Assembly: GCA_963811165.1 (NCBI GenBank) | Contig: CAWEQH010000010.1 | Location: 576,001 to 640,000 of the forward strand | From: an uncultured Nitrospiraceae bacterium | Lineage (GTDB): Bacteria > Nitrospirota > Thermodesulfovibrionia > Thermodesulfovibrionales > UBA6898 | Direction of reading: 5' to 3' | DNA length: 64,000 nt | In this document: piece after piece, positions 1 through 10,149 of the stretch | How positions within the stretch are numbered: the stretch's first letter is position 1 | Layout: every line of letters begins with the position of its first letter | Notes under the pieces: generated by a model | What the model was told of the DNA's origin: nothing | Databases searched by the model: none | What the model saw: only the letters and a program-made list of their open reading frames with translations | Program-made: the position numbers and the translations under genes

Positions 1-1035
1 GATGGCATGGAGATAGGTATTTTGCTTCGCAATAAGGTCTTGGGCCTTTAGATCATTCAATACCGCTTTCCTGGCTTCATACCTGTCGAGACCTGCGTAT
101 TTCGACCCTGCATCAGCCGTCATCTTGCCGTCGGGTCCGATCACCGTGATAAAGTCGAGTTGCGGGTTTTGTCTCTTTGCGATCGCTTCGTCATTGAAGT
201 CATGCGCGGGTGTCACTTTGACCGCACCCGTTCCGAACTCGGTGTCCACTGCCATGTCGGCAACAATCGGGATCTTTCTGTCGGTAAGGGGCAGCAAGAC
301 CTTTTTCCCGATCATTTCCGCATAACGGGTGTCTTCCGGGTTCACCGCGACCGCGGTATCCCCCAACATTGTCTCGGGGCGGGTCGTGGCGACAATTATA
401 TGCCCGCTGCCGTCCTCAAAGGGATATCTGATAAATGTGAGCTTGCCCTCGAAATCCTCATGCTCCACCTCGATGTCCGAAAGTGCGGTCTGGCACCGCG
501 GGCACCAATTGATCAACCTCTTGTCGCGGTAGATAAGTCCCTGTTCATAAAGACTTACAAAGACCTCCCCCACCGCCTCGGACAGGCCCGAGTCGAGGGT
601 AAATCGTTCCCTAGTCCAATCGCAGGAAGCACCGAGCCTCTTGAGCTGATGGATGATCCTCCCGCCGTATTCGGCCTTCCATTTCCAGACACGTTCGATA
701 AAAGGGTCCCTGCCAAGCTGATGTCTGTCGACTTTCTCGGCAGCCAGCTGGCGCTCGACCACATTTTGGGTAGCGATACCCGCATGGTCCATGCCGGGGA
801 CCCAAAGCGCATCAAAACCCGACATCCTCTTCCATCGAATCAATATGTCCTGGAGGGTCGTGTTAAGGGCATGGCCCATATGAAGCGAACCGGTAACGTT
901 GGGCGGAGGGATAACGATCGAATAGGGCTCCTTGTCGGACGACGGGTCAGCAACAAAAAAACTCCCTGCGGTCCAATACTCGTACCACTTTTCCTCGACG
1001 CCTTCTGGATTATAACTTTTATTTAATTCTGCCAT
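1..1035 (-). CDS. valS: Valyl-tRNA synthetase, N-terminal part (runs off the window edge)
   Basis: Minus-strand translation from ATG at 1035 gives MAELNKSYNPEGVEEKWY...PPPNVTGSLHMGHAL (class I HIGH-type motif of ValRS). Not listed in the ORF track because it is open at the edge. Confidence 0.95.
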   Translation of the reverse strand, partial: MAELNKSYNPEGVEEKWYEYWTAGSFFVADPSSDKEPYSIVIPPPNVTGSLHMGHALNTTLQDILIRWKRMSGFDALWVPGMDHAGIATQNVVERQLAAEKVDRHQLGRDPFIERVWKWKAEYGGRIIHQLKRLGASCDWTRERFTLDSGLSEAVGEVFVSLYEQGLIYRDKRLINWCPRCQTALSDIEVEHEDFEGKLTFIRYPFEDGSGHIIVATTRPETMLGDTAVAVNPEDTRYAEMIGKKVLLPLTDRKIPIVADMAVDTEFGTGAVKVTPAHDFNDEAIAKRQNPQLDFITVIGPDGKMTADAGSKYAGLDRYEARKAVLNDLKAQDLIAKQNTYLHAI

Positions 1036-1097
1036 AACAAAGAAAGACGGGGAATCGGCACCGCCTTTTCCCCGCCCTCACATTAAGGAATTTATCT

Positions 1098-2096
1098 TTA
1101 TAACTCGGATTTTATTCTTTCAATCTCTTTCAAAATCATCGTGCTGGCAAGATCAGGTACGGTTTCCCAGATAACTTTTTCAACCTCTTTCGTCAGAGAT
1201 GCCATAGAGTTCTTCAGGCTCTCCCGGAGCATCTTTTCGACAAGTTCGGGAGCGATTTCCCAAAGGACCTTATCTATCGAATCTCTAAGAGAAGGCATCA
1301 GGGCGGCAAAAAGCGATTCCTTTATATCAAGGGACGCAAGAGAAGCCAACACCTTTTCCTGTATCGTCTTTTCGAATATGGCAATCAGTTCATCTTTTGA
1401 GGGCATCGAGATCTGAGGAACAACCTGAGGCATGACGGTCTCCGTGCGGAGTTGGGGGGCGATGACCGGTTCGATAACTGCTTTTTGGACGCCGATCTCT
1501 TCGCCGGGTAATTCGAACTCGGCCACTGTTGCAGACAGTTCTTCCTCCGCAAAGGCCTCCTCGGCCAACTCCCCGGAAACAGCAGGAACTTCCTCCATGG
1601 CCCAGAGGTCTTCTTCCAGTCCTGCAATATTCACACCCTCTTTTTCACCTATTTCCTCCGCCTCTTCGGCAATTTCGAACACTTCCTCGCCCTCATCGGC
1701 AACACTCGCCTCCCGGCTGTCCGCGGCAACCATAGTCAACACCGCATTGATCTTGCTTATAAGTTCCTGCGACTCAAACGGTTTTATAACGGAATCATCA
1801 GCGCCGACCGTCCGTAAAAGTTCCTCGTCTATCGGCTCGAATGCGCCGGCGAGCAAAATTACCGGTATGCCTGAGGTCTTGGGGTTTTGCTTGATTTTCT
1901 CGCAAAGCTGATAGCCATTGATCTTCGGCATCTCGATATCGGCAAGGACGATCTCCGGTCTGAAGCTATCCATAGCATTAAGGGCATCCTCACCATTGCT
2001 TACAGACTTGATCTCAAAATCTTCTTCAGCGAGAACAAGCTCTACTACCTTCTGAATCGTGATGCTGTCGTCCGCAAGCAAAAGCCTATGAGCCAT
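1098..2096 (-). CDS. Response regulator, RomR-like (receiver, acidic linker, Glu-rich C-terminal helices)
   Basis: N-terminal receiver (LLADDS...LADIEMP...KPF), acidic linker, C-terminal EKVIWETVPDLASTMILKEIERI; directly upstream of valS. Confidence 0.75.
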   Translation of the reverse strand: MAHRLLLADDSITIQKVVELVLAEEDFEIKSVSNGEDALNAMDSFRPEIVLADIEMPKINGYQLCEKIKQNPKTSGIPVILLAGAFEPIDEELLRTVGADDSVIKPFESQELISKINAVLTMVAADSREASVADEGEEVFEIAEEAEEIGEKEGVNIAGLEEDLWAMEEVPAVSGELAEEAFAEEELSATVAEFELPGEEIGVQKAVIEPVIAPQLRTETVMPQVVPQISMPSKDELIAIFEKTIQEKVLASLASLDIKESLFAALMPSLRDSIDKVLWEIAPELVEKMLRESLKNSMASLTKEVEKVIWETVPDLASTMILKEIERIKSEL

Positions 2097-2209
2097 CCTA
2101 CACCTCTTAAAGGTATTTCAAGAATTTTATTGTTATGTGCTGAAAAAGTCAAGACTTTTTCGTATGCGGTGCGTCCGGCTGAGCACCCGGCTCAGCATGA
2201 AGAGACGCC

Positions 2210-2413
2210 TCAGCCGCCCCCGCCAAATCCACCAGATGGGCCCGGGGAAGAAAAGCCGGCATCAGCGCTTGAGCAACAGAAAGAAGACATGAGCTTTTTC
2301 ACCTCTGTGGAAGAGCATTTCGGACAATCCGTATCTTTTTCCGTAGAGCTCACCTTCTGAAGAAGCGAGAATCTTTCTCCGCAGGATTTGCAGATGTATT
2401 CATAAATAGGCAT
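2210..2413 (-). CDS. FmdB-family zinc-ribbon protein
   Basis: MPIYEYICKSCG...CPKCSS...KKLMS signature; GGAGG RBS upstream. Confidence 0.85.
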   Translation of the reverse strand: MPIYEYICKSCGERFSLLQKVSSTEKDTDCPKCSSTEVKKLMSSFCCSSADAGFSSPGPSGGFGGGG

Positions 2414-2628
2414 ATGCCACCTCCCGAAAGTTTCTACTGTTACTCAATATTTTAATGATCCGACCTGCTTCAAGTCAATGAGTGTTAACCGCCTCTTCAG
2501 ATTAATAGTCTCCCCTCACCCCTCTTTGCCGAAGAGGAGAAAAGATATCTCCAGTTCACGTACAGTAATTGAAGGATACGTTGACATACGATTTACATCC
2601 CTTTTAATTTTGATATACTTTAGCTGAC

Positions 2629-3642
2629 ATGAAGGAGGCCATGATATATGAAAGGCTGAAAGGCGGCGATGTCAGATGCCACCTGTGCGGCCACAACTGC
2701 CTTATCAAGGAAGACCAAAGAGGGATATGCGCAGTACGGGAGAACCGCGAGGGAACTCTGTACAGCCTCGTGTACGGTAAGGTTATCTCGATGAACATCG
2801 ACCCTGTCGAAAAGAAGCCCCTTTTTCATTTCCTCCCTTCTTCAAGCTCTCTGTCCATAGCCACCGTGGGATGTAATTTTCGCTGCAAACACTGCCAAAA
2901 CTACGAGATATCACAATTTCCCAGGGAACGGAAATTTTCGATTCCGGGTAAAGACGTTTCCGTTGAGGACATTGTAGACACTGCTCAACAGAACCATTGC
3001 AAAAGCATATCCTATACCTATACGGAGCCTACTATCTTTTTTGAATTCGCCTACGACTGCTCACGGACAGCCCGGGAAAAGGGGATCATGAACGTCTTTG
3101 TGAGTAACGGATACACCGGGCCTGAGGCGGCCCGACTCATCGCCCCTTATCTGAGTGCAAATAACATCGACCTAAAGGGAAGCGACAAATTCTACAGGGA
3201 GATTTGCGGTGCAAGGCTCGGGCCGGTAAAAGAGACTATCAGGCTTATGAAAGAACTGGGCGTTTGGGTTGAAGTGACGACACTTATCATACCGGACCTA
3301 AATGATTCAGAAAAAGACCTGACGGACATAGCCGAGTTCATCTGTTCCGTCGACCCTGCCATCCCCTGGCACGTAAGTCAGTTCTACCCGACATACCAGC
3401 TTCTCGACAAACCCCGCACTCCGATAGAAAAGCTGAGACTGGCAAAAGAAATCGGACAGAAATCAGGACTCAAGTTTATCTATGAGGGCAATGTCCCCGG
3501 CGGAGGAGGAGAAAATACCTCCTGTCCTGTCTGTGCGGAGGTACTGATCACGAGGTTCGGGTACAGGGTCACCGAAAACAAGATCAAAGAGAACAAATGC
3601 CCTAAGTGCGGAAGCCTGATCGAGGGAGTCTGGGCCGTTTAA
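2629..3642 (+). CDS. AmmeMemoRadiSam-system radical SAM enzyme (PflA-like)
   Basis: CHLCGHNC...GICAVR, DPVEKKPLFHF, CNFRCKHC (CxxxCxxC), C-terminal CPVC/CPKC. Confidence 0.85.
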   Translation: MKEAMIYERLKGGDVRCHLCGHNCLIKEDQRGICAVRENREGTLYSLVYGKVISMNIDPVEKKPLFHFLPSSSSLSIATVGCNFRCKHCQNYEISQFPRERKFSIPGKDVSVEDIVDTAQQNHCKSISYTYTEPTIFFEFAYDCSRTAREKGIMNVFVSNGYTGPEAARLIAPYLSANNIDLKGSDKFYREICGARLGPVKETIRLMKELGVWVEVTTLIIPDLNDSEKDLTDIAEFICSVDPAIPWHVSQFYPTYQLLDKPRTPIEKLRLAKEIGQKSGLKFIYEGNVPGGGGENTSCPVCAEVLITRFGYRVTENKIKENKCPKCGSLIEGVWAV

Positions 3643-4010
3643 GCTTCGGAGTTGCCGCCTTCCAAGATCATCGCTATCTCCTCCTGCAGCACTTTGTAGT
3701 TAAGGGGCTTCCCCAGAAACATATTCGCCCCCGCCTCGATAAACAGCATGCCGACATCCATTGCGCTCATCGCGATCACGGGAAGGAGGGCCCACCTCTT
3801 CCTGACTTGCCTGACAAATTCGATCCCGTCCATCCCGGGCATCTGATAGTCAACGATTATGAGACTATATATTTCTTCTTCAAGGCGAAGTAACGCACCC
3901 ATGCCGTTATCGGCGCAGTTTACCGAGTAGCCGTTTATCTCGCAAACCTCCGCCAGCATTTCTCTAATACCGGCTTCGTCATCTACTATAAGGATTCTCC
4001 CCGTCCCCAT
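3639..4010 (-). CDS. Single-domain response regulator
   Basis: ILIVDDE...IVDYQMPGMDG...KP receiver motifs. Confidence 0.85.
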   Translation of the reverse strand: MGTGRILIVDDEAGIREMLAEVCEINGYSVNCADNGMGALLRLEEEIYSLIIVDYQMPGMDGIEFVRQVRKRWALLPVIAMSAMDVGMLFIEAGANMFLGKPLNYKVLQEEIAMILEGGNSEA

Positions 4011-4111
4011 AACAAAAATAATATACTACCCTTAGTTGTGTTTGTCAACCCATGCACTACTTTAGGTTTATAGACTTTTGACCCGCCGCCAAGCAAAATG
4101 AAAGGCAATAA

Positions 4112-4486
4112 TTGACCACGATGAAAACGCCGAAACTTAAACAATATATCGGGCAGGTAATCAGGGATGCGCGTCTCTCCTCCGGCATGTCCCAGATGCG
4201 GCTTGCGGAAAAAATCGGCATCTCCTACCAACAGGTGCAGAAGTATGAAAGGGGAACAAGCGAGCTGACGCTTACGAGACTTCATCAGATGGCGGAAGCC
4301 CTCCAAATTCCGATCAGCTCATTTTTGCATAGCGACAATCTCGTCGTTTCGGAAGTGAGGGCCGTTTATGGGAAATTAAGCGGCGACGAAGAGACCCTCT
4401 TAAGACTGTTCAGAAAAATCAAAGGCGATAAAGCGAAAAAAATCGCACTTTCAATAATTAAGGCCATTGGGGAACAGGGGAGCTGA
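4112..4486 (+). CDS. XRE-family HTH transcriptional regulator
   Basis: MSQMRLAEKIGISYQQVQKYERG helix-turn-helix. Start may be ATG at 4121. Confidence 0.85.
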   Translation: MTTMKTPKLKQYIGQVIRDARLSSGMSQMRLAEKIGISYQQVQKYERGTSELTLTRLHQMAEALQIPISSFLHSDNLVVSEVRAVYGKLSGDEETLLRLFRKIKGDKAKKIALSIIKAIGEQGS

Positions 4487-4539
4487 TCGGATACGTTTCC
4501 TCCCGAAAGTGGCCAATACGTTCCGAAAGGTTGAACCCT

Positions 4540-5016
4540 TCACCCTGCAGACTTTAGTACCATAATTACTGCATCTTCGGAAGGGGAAACATAATAATTT
4601 TTCCTTGTTCCCAAGACCTCAAAACCGAATTTAGCGTACATTTTTTTTGCAGGTCCGTTTGAGTCCCTCACTTCAAGAAAGATAAACCTGCAGCCCTCCT
4701 CTTTAAGGCGCTCAATTGCCAGGGAAACAAGCGTTGACGCTATGCCGAGCATTCTGTATTGGGGATGTACGGCCACATCCAGGACATGTCCTTCATCGAT
4801 TATCCAGCCAAAACATATGTAGCCCACGACTCTCCCGCCCTTTTTCGCAACCTTCAGCGATGACCTCGGGTTCTTCAACTCGTTGAAAAAAGAGGTCTCG
4901 GACCATGGTGTGGTGAACGATACTCTCTCTATTTCAATGACAGCCGGAAGATCGCCCGGCTTCATGTCTTCAATACTAATATCCTCCCCGATACGGTTCA
5001 GGCCTTCTCCGACCAT
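4540..5016 (-). CDS. rimI: Ribosomal-protein-alanine N-acetyltransferase
   Basis: GNAT fold: PWS...VAVHPQYR..GIA...LEVRDSN..A..MY.KFGF...RKNYY; follows tsaB. Confidence 0.9.
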   Translation of the reverse strand: MVGEGLNRIGEDISIEDMKPGDLPAVIEIERVSFTTPWSETSFFNELKNPRSSLKVAKKGGRVVGYICFGWIIDEGHVLDVAVHPQYRMLGIASTLVSLAIERLKEEGCRFIFLEVRDSNGPAKKMYAKFGFEVLGTRKNYYVSPSEDAVIMVLKSAG

Positions 5017-5690
5017 TTCACCTCTGCCTCGGATTTTCTTATGTAATAGGGTACCTGATCTGAGGCATCCGCATAATCCCCTTTTTCCGCCTTCTTAAGG
5101 CCGAGCATCGCCACATTTGCAGGCGAAGGCACCATCGTCTGGGGAGAACCCATCAGTGCCCTTTCCCTCATGATATCAGCGATCTTCATTGCATAGAGCG
5201 GGACCCCTTCACCGGCAAACAAGACAACACCCTCAAGCGACCTAAGCAGGTCCTCCGGTTTTATCGATGTCTCGGGGACCAAACGGCGAAACCCGCCATT
5301 TTCCCATTTAAAGACCGCCGTATAGACCTCGCCCTTTCTCGCGTCGAGCATAAGGCATACCGGATACGGGCAGTATTGGAAATTCCATGCAAAAGCCTCA
5401 AGCGTAGGCACGGTCACGATTTCTTTTCCAGTGGCGTACGAGAGTCCCTTGACCGTGCTTAGCCCTATCCTGAGACCGGTAAATGAACCGGGGCCTATCG
5501 CGACCGCAAAGGCATCGATGCCGTCCAGGTCAAGTTCGGACTGTTTTAAAAGGTTGTCGATGGCCGTCATAAGCCTCTCGGAATGCGTGGTCTTCACATT
5601 AAGCCTCGTCTCTGCGACAAGCCCCTTCTCACTGTCAACCACCGCTACACCGCCGAGCATCGTTGACGTTTCTACCGCAAGCACTCTCAT
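4998..5690 (-). CDS. tsaB: tRNA t6A biosynthesis protein TsaB
   Basis: MRVLAVETST...HSERL...GPGSFTGLRIG...DARKGEVY...PYYIRKSEAE; start placed at ATG 5690. Confidence 0.95.
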   Translation of the reverse strand: MRVLAVETSTMLGGVAVVDSEKGLVAETRLNVKTTHSERLMTAIDNLLKQSELDLDGIDAFAVAIGPGSFTGLRIGLSTVKGLSYATGKEIVTVPTLEAFAWNFQYCPYPVCLMLDARKGEVYTAVFKWENGGFRRLVPETSIKPEDLLRSLEGVVLFAGEGVPLYAMKIADIMRERALMGSPQTMVPSPANVAMLGLKKAEKGDYADASDQVPYYIRKSEAEVKWSEKA

Positions 5691-5721
5691 ACTATAGCTA
5701 TTATAGCCGAACCGGCAGGCA

Positions 5722-6948
5722 TCAGGCGCGTTTTCCCGCTCCAATTTCCTTTGTTCCCAGGTGTCCTTTCGCAAATATCGCAGAAGCAAGAATGCATATT
5801 AGACCGCCCACCATCACCGCATTGGCTGTTCCGATCATGTGCGCGGCAACACCCATTAATGAATTTCCTACGGGTACAAACCCCAGGAAGACGAACGAAT
5901 ACACACTCATCACCCTTCCCCTCAGTTCATCCGGCACCGAGACCTGGATAAAACTGTTAGCCGCGGCAAGATAACTGACCATTCCCCAGCCGCCAACCAT
6001 TATCACCACTATGGATATCCAAAAAATCCTCGTAAAGGAAAAAACAAAAAGCGCGGTTGAAAAGAGAAGCGCAGCGATCGACATGAACCTTGTTTTATTT
6101 TCAATGTTTCCCATCACCGCAATGCCCAAGGCCGCAGTAAGAGCGCCTATCCCCGAAGCGCCGACAAGAAAGCCGAGCCCTTTCGCGCCCCTATGGAAAA
6201 CCTCAACGGCAAAGACAGGCAGCAGGTTAATATAAGGAAGCCCGACTATGCTGAAAATCGCGATGAGGACCATCGCGCGTTTGATCTCTTTCTTACTCCT
6301 GATAAAAGCTATGCCCTTCATAAAATCGCTGACGACCCCCTCCGAACTCCCCAGTATCTCTCCCCGTGCGTCCATTTTAGAGAGGGCGAAGATCACTGCG
6401 ACAAAGCTCGCGGCGTTGATGAAAAAGCAGGCAGGCAGGCCGAAGTATTCAATCGACAGACCGGCGATCATCGGCCCTATTATCCGCGCGCCGTTGAAGG
6501 CGGCGGAATTCAGCCCTATCGCGTTTACGACATGGCCCCTCCCCACCATCTCGATCAGAAAAGATTGTCTCGTCGGCACATCGACCGCGTTGATCGTACC
6601 CAGAAATGCGGCAAGAAGGGCCACCTCCCATACCTTGATGGCACCCATGCTGGTAAGTATGCCAAGAAGAAGTGCAGGGATTATCGAAAGCGCCTGGGTC
6701 ACCAATAGCAGGTTGCGTTTGGGGAACCTGTCGGCGATCATTCCGCCGATAAGCGTAAAAAGAAGGATTGGAAACGCCGCCGAGGCCGCCACTATCCCCA
6801 AATACAAAGGAGACTTTGTCAGACTGTAGACAAGCCATCCCTGGGCGACAGACTGCATCCAGGTCCCGGATAGCGAGATCAGCTGCCCGAACCAAAAGAG
6901 CCTGAAGTCCCTGTAGCTTAACGCGGAAAACCTTCCCACATTCGACAT
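5722..6948 (-). CDS. MFS transporter (MFS_3/DHA3-like)
   Basis: RDFRLFWFGQLISLSGTWMQ...ADRFPKR...RGRVMS; about 12 hydrophobic segments. Confidence 0.9.
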   Translation of the reverse strand: MSNVGRFSALSYRDFRLFWFGQLISLSGTWMQSVAQGWLVYSLTKSPLYLGIVAASAAFPILLFTLIGGMIADRFPKRNLLLVTQALSIIPALLLGILTSMGAIKVWEVALLAAFLGTINAVDVPTRQSFLIEMVGRGHVVNAIGLNSAAFNGARIIGPMIAGLSIEYFGLPACFFINAASFVAVIFALSKMDARGEILGSSEGVVSDFMKGIAFIRSKKEIKRAMVLIAIFSIVGLPYINLLPVFAVEVFHRGAKGLGFLVGASGIGALTAALGIAVMGNIENKTRFMSIAALLFSTALFVFSFTRIFWISIVVIMVGGWGMVSYLAAANSFIQVSVPDELRGRVMSVYSFVFLGFVPVGNSLMGVAAHMIGTANAVMVGGLICILASAIFAKGHLGTKEIGAGKRA

Positions 6949-7211
6949 GATGATATTGTAACCCAAAATCAGGACGCAGTCCGCCCACTTTCAGACCGGC
7001 GCCATTATAAAAAACAGGGGACTCCCCTTTCGAAAAAGGCCCGGCGCAATGGCAGTCATTACCCGGTGATGCCGTTTTTTTTCCATCCTTTTGAAAAAAA
7101 AGACCTGCGACATTTATAATGGGGAGGACGCTCCGCACGGGCGGGTCCGCGGTAGTCACCTTCCCGGAGAAGATTGCGAGGCTTACAAAATTATATCCTA
7201 AAGGAGTTATT

Positions 7212-7619
7212 ATGACAGATCTGATAAAACCGTCGCTGAACTTTACCATAATCTGCGACGACGTGCGGCAGGAGATGGGCGGAAAATTAAGCCTCATGGG
7301 ACTTTTTGAAAACATATACGCCGAGAAATTCCCTGCGGTCCACCCGAGGGTCGCGATAATTTCCGAATGGGCGGGCGGCAAGGGAGAATTTGGTATTCGA
7401 ATGCGTATCCTCACCCCCGACGGAAAGACGGTGATCAGGGAAACGCATTCAAAGATGTCCCTAAACGGCGTCAATTACAGACACCGGGACGTCTCTGTCC
7501 ACCTGAATGTGGAACTCCAGACCCCCGGCACTTACTGGGTCGAGAATTATCTCGATGACGAGCTGATAAACTCCATACCGCTCAACGTCGTACAAGTCAA
7601 GGGTCAGCAGGTCCATTAA
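7212..7619 (+). CDS. Conserved hypothetical protein (DUF6941-like beta-sandwich)
   Basis: AAGGAG RBS, then MTDL...ICDDVRQEMGGKLSLMGLF...PGTYWVE. Confidence 0.6.
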   Translation: MTDLIKPSLNFTIICDDVRQEMGGKLSLMGLFENIYAEKFPAVHPRVAIISEWAGGKGEFGIRMRILTPDGKTVIRETHSKMSLNGVNYRHRDVSVHLNVELQTPGTYWVENYLDDELINSIPLNVVQVKGQQVH

Positions 7620-7990
7620 TGGACATCTTTTCGAAGATCGCGGAGCAGAGGATCAGGGAGGCGATCGAAAACGGTGAGTTTGAAGACCTTGAAAATGCAG
7701 GCAGACCGATCGCCTTCGAGGACGAGACCTGGATACCTGAAGACCTCAGGACCGCTTACAGGGTGCTGAAGAATGCCGGCTGTATTCCGCAAGAGCTCCA
7801 GTTGAGAAAAGAGGTCCTGAGTCTTCGGGACCTCATACACACCATAGACGACGATAGCGAACGGTTGAGGAAGATCAGGGAACTCAATTTCAAGCTGATA
7901 AAACTGGGTGAGATTCGAAAGGGTCCGTTGAACATCGAGCGCTTCCCGGAGTATGAAAAGAAGATATTCGAGAAGTTGACGGAATCGTAA
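7619..7990 (+). CDS. DUF1992 / DnaJ-family-domain protein
   Basis: IAEQRIREAIENGEFEDL..AGRP...PEDLRTAYRVLKNAG..P.EL. Confidence 0.8.
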   Translation: MDIFSKIAEQRIREAIENGEFEDLENAGRPIAFEDETWIPEDLRTAYRVLKNAGCIPQELQLRKEVLSLRDLIHTIDDDSERLRKIRELNFKLIKLGEIRKGPLNIERFPEYEKKIFEKLTES

Positions 7991-8095
7991 TCACCAGCGA
8001 CCATTCCTACAAGCACGCATCATTTTTCAAGTGTGGTGAGAGAGTTTATACATAAAAAGAGTCGGTCATCTTTGCCCGAGTGTTCGCACGAAAAG

Positions 8096-8125
8096 TTGTC
8101 AATGTCGGATCGCTTGAATTATAAT
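8096..8125 (+). promoter_or_regulatory. Sigma70 promoter originally driving tRNA-Ser, now upstream of the attL stub
   Basis: TTGTCA (8096-8101), 18 nt, TATAAT (8120-8125), then 10 nt to the tRNA G1 equivalent at 8136. Confidence 0.8.
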
Positions 8126-8134
8126 GAGAGTCCG

Positions 8135-8156
8135 CGGAGAGGTGCCAGAGCGGTTG
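8135..8156 (+). repeat. attL core: 22-bp copy of the tRNA-Ser 5' end
   Basis: CGGAGAGGTGCCAGAGCGGTTG is identical to 25272-25293. Confidence 0.9.
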
Positions 8157-8274
8157 GCGCAATTTGGGACTTTGCAAAGGCTTGAAAATACCTTAAAAAG
8201 CCTTGCCAGACAAGGATTCACAGGTTATCTTAGTTATTTATAGATAGATATATTTCTACCACTTTTGATGTAAC

Positions 8275-8301
8275 ATTTTCACGTTTTTTTCACGGTGGCG
8301 A
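8275..8301 (+). repeat. Left-arm tandem TTCACG motif (putative integrase arm-type sites)
   Basis: ATTTTCACGTTTTTTTCACGGTGGCGA versus ATTTTCACGTTTTTTTCACGTTGGCGA at 25204-25230. Confidence 0.65.
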
Positions 8302-8733
8302 TTATGGTGTAGGCGATATCTGAAATTGACCTGAAAATGATACGGCCCAGGCCCACTCCAATTTGTCGGCATTTTCCACAACATTCTTGCCAACTTTCAG
8401 GAGAAGCGTCGGGTTCGCCCCGAAATACGCACGGAGATGTACTTCCTCCGCACAAATTTCGATTTGCTGAAACTATTTCTTTCCGTTCAAACTCCGTAAA
8501 ATAGAGGGGGCTCAGCGGACGAGAAGTACTCCCTAAAATTCGCGCCGACAGCCTCTTCTCTAAATTGACAACTTTCAATCCGAAAGAATCGGGCCGGATT
8601 GGATTATGTTTATTCAGAAAGTGGAAGTACCGTTTTTTTTCGACGCCTTAGCTCAGTCTGAATATTTAAGACCGTTCCAAAAATCTCTTTTTTCTAAGGT
8701 TCTGCTTTTTTTCTTAAAAGCGATTTGCATGCA

Positions 8734-10149
8734 TTATCCTGTTTCCTCGCTGACATCACCGGCGGAACCTTCTCCGTCGCTTTGGGCGGACTTACCCTTT
8801 GAGGTGAGATAGAACAGCACGGCCAGTCCGATCATCCCCGAGACGGTGGATCCTGTCAGTATCCCCAGTTTGGCATGATCAAGCAGCAAGGGCTCTCTGA
8901 ATGAGAGGCCGCTGATGAACAGCGACATGGTGAATCCTATTCCCCCCAGGATACTCACGCCAAAGATTTGGGGCCAAGAAACACCACGAGGCAGAGAAGC
9001 GCATCCGGTTCTCACAAAGAGATAAGAAAAGGCGCTGATCCCGATCGGCTTTCCGATGAGCAGGCCGGCGGCGATTCCGAGTGTCAGCGGCGACAGCAGT
9101 GTTTGTGAGAGATTCAGATCGACTATCGTCAGGCCCATATTCGCGAGGGCGAACAATGGGACTACAAGAAAAGCGACCCACGGGTGAAGGGCGTGCTCAA
9201 GCCGCTGCAAGGGGGTCTCCACATGGTGACAGGCGAGCTCGATCGAGTGGACTGAACTCAAATGTTTGGCGTCCTGGAGAATTGAAGGTCCGCATCCCCC
9301 TGGGGGGCAGGAGAACTCGCCCAGATGCTTGCTCACATTCCGGAGAAACTTGTCGGTATCGTACCTTCCTTTAGCCGGTATGAAGAGAGCGACCAAGACG
9401 CCTGCAATCGTTGCGTGGAGCCCCGATCCAAGTACAGCAACCCATAGGCAAGCACCGAGAATAGCATAGATAAGGGTAACACGTATCCAGAGAAGGTTTG
9501 CGACGGCAAGGAGCAGTAAGATGAGAAGAGAAATGAAGAGGTAATGCAGGGAAATCCCGCTGGAATAAAATAGTGCGATCACAATGACGGCTCCAAGGTC
9601 GTCCGCTATGGCGAGCGCAGAAAGGAATACGCGCAGACCGAGAGGAACGCGTTTCCCGAGTATAAATAGCGCGCCGAGGGCAAAGGCAATATCGGTTGCC
9701 ATTGGGATACCCCATCCCTGGCTCGTCGGCAACCCTCTGTTGATGACTGCATATATCGCTGCCGGGAGGAGCATACCGCCGAGAGCCGCGCCGACTGGCA
9801 ATAGGGCCTTTTTCACGGATGAAAGTTCGCCAACGAGGATTTCCCGCTTTATCTCGAGGCCCATGGCAAAGAAGAAGACCGCCATGAGGCCCTCATCGAT
9901 CCACTGCCGGAGGGTCCGGGTGATCGAGGAGTCCCCTATGGAGAAAGAGAGCTGTGTCTCCCAGAACCGATGGTAGGTGTGACCGAAAGGAGAATTAATC
10001 CAGGCAAGGGCAAGGAGGGTCGCCCCGATCAGGAGGATGCTGCTCGATGCTTCATTCCCGAAAAAAATCAGGAAAGGACGAACTAACTCCAAAGCGATTT
10101 TGTCAGGAGACGTCGCATAATGTTTTATCTTCTCGAATAGATTCTTCAT
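8734..10149 (-). CDS. nhaA: Na+/H+ antiporter NhaA
   Basis: LMAVFFF..GLEIKRE, GWGIPMATDIAFA, ALAIADDLGA, LHPWV...PLFALAN, GIGFTMSLFI. Confidence 0.95.
   Translation of the reverse strand: MKNLFEKIKHYATSPDKIALELVRPFLIFFGNEASSSILLIGATLLALAWINSPFGHTYHRFWETQLSFSIGDSSITRTLRQWIDEGLMAVFFFAMGLEIKREILVGELSSVKKALLPVGAALGGMLLPAAIYAVINRGLPTSQGWGIPMATDIAFALGALFILGKRVPLGLRVFLSALAIADDLGAVIVIALFYSSGISLHYLFISLLILLLLAVANLLWIRVTLIYAILGACLWVAVLGSGLHATIAGVLVALFIPAKGRYDTDKFLRNVSKHLGEFSCPPGGCGPSILQDAKHLSSVHSIELACHHVETPLQRLEHALHPWVAFLVVPLFALANMGLTIVDLNLSQTLLSPLTLGIAAGLLIGKPIGISAFSYLFVRTGCASLPRGVSWPQIFGVSILGGIGFTMSLFISGLSFREPLLLDHAKLGILTGSTVSGMIGLAVLFYLTSKGKSAQSDGEGSAGDVSEETG

Noticed and set aside
160..1026. 288-aa plus-strand ORF
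   Set aside because: Antisense shadow of valS. The same applies to most short overlapping ORFs in the track, e.g. 46589-47491 and 63509-64000.
8135..8220. A second tRNA-Ser gene or split tRNA
   Set aside because: Identity stops after 22 nt, with no anticodon or T arm; it is an att remnant.
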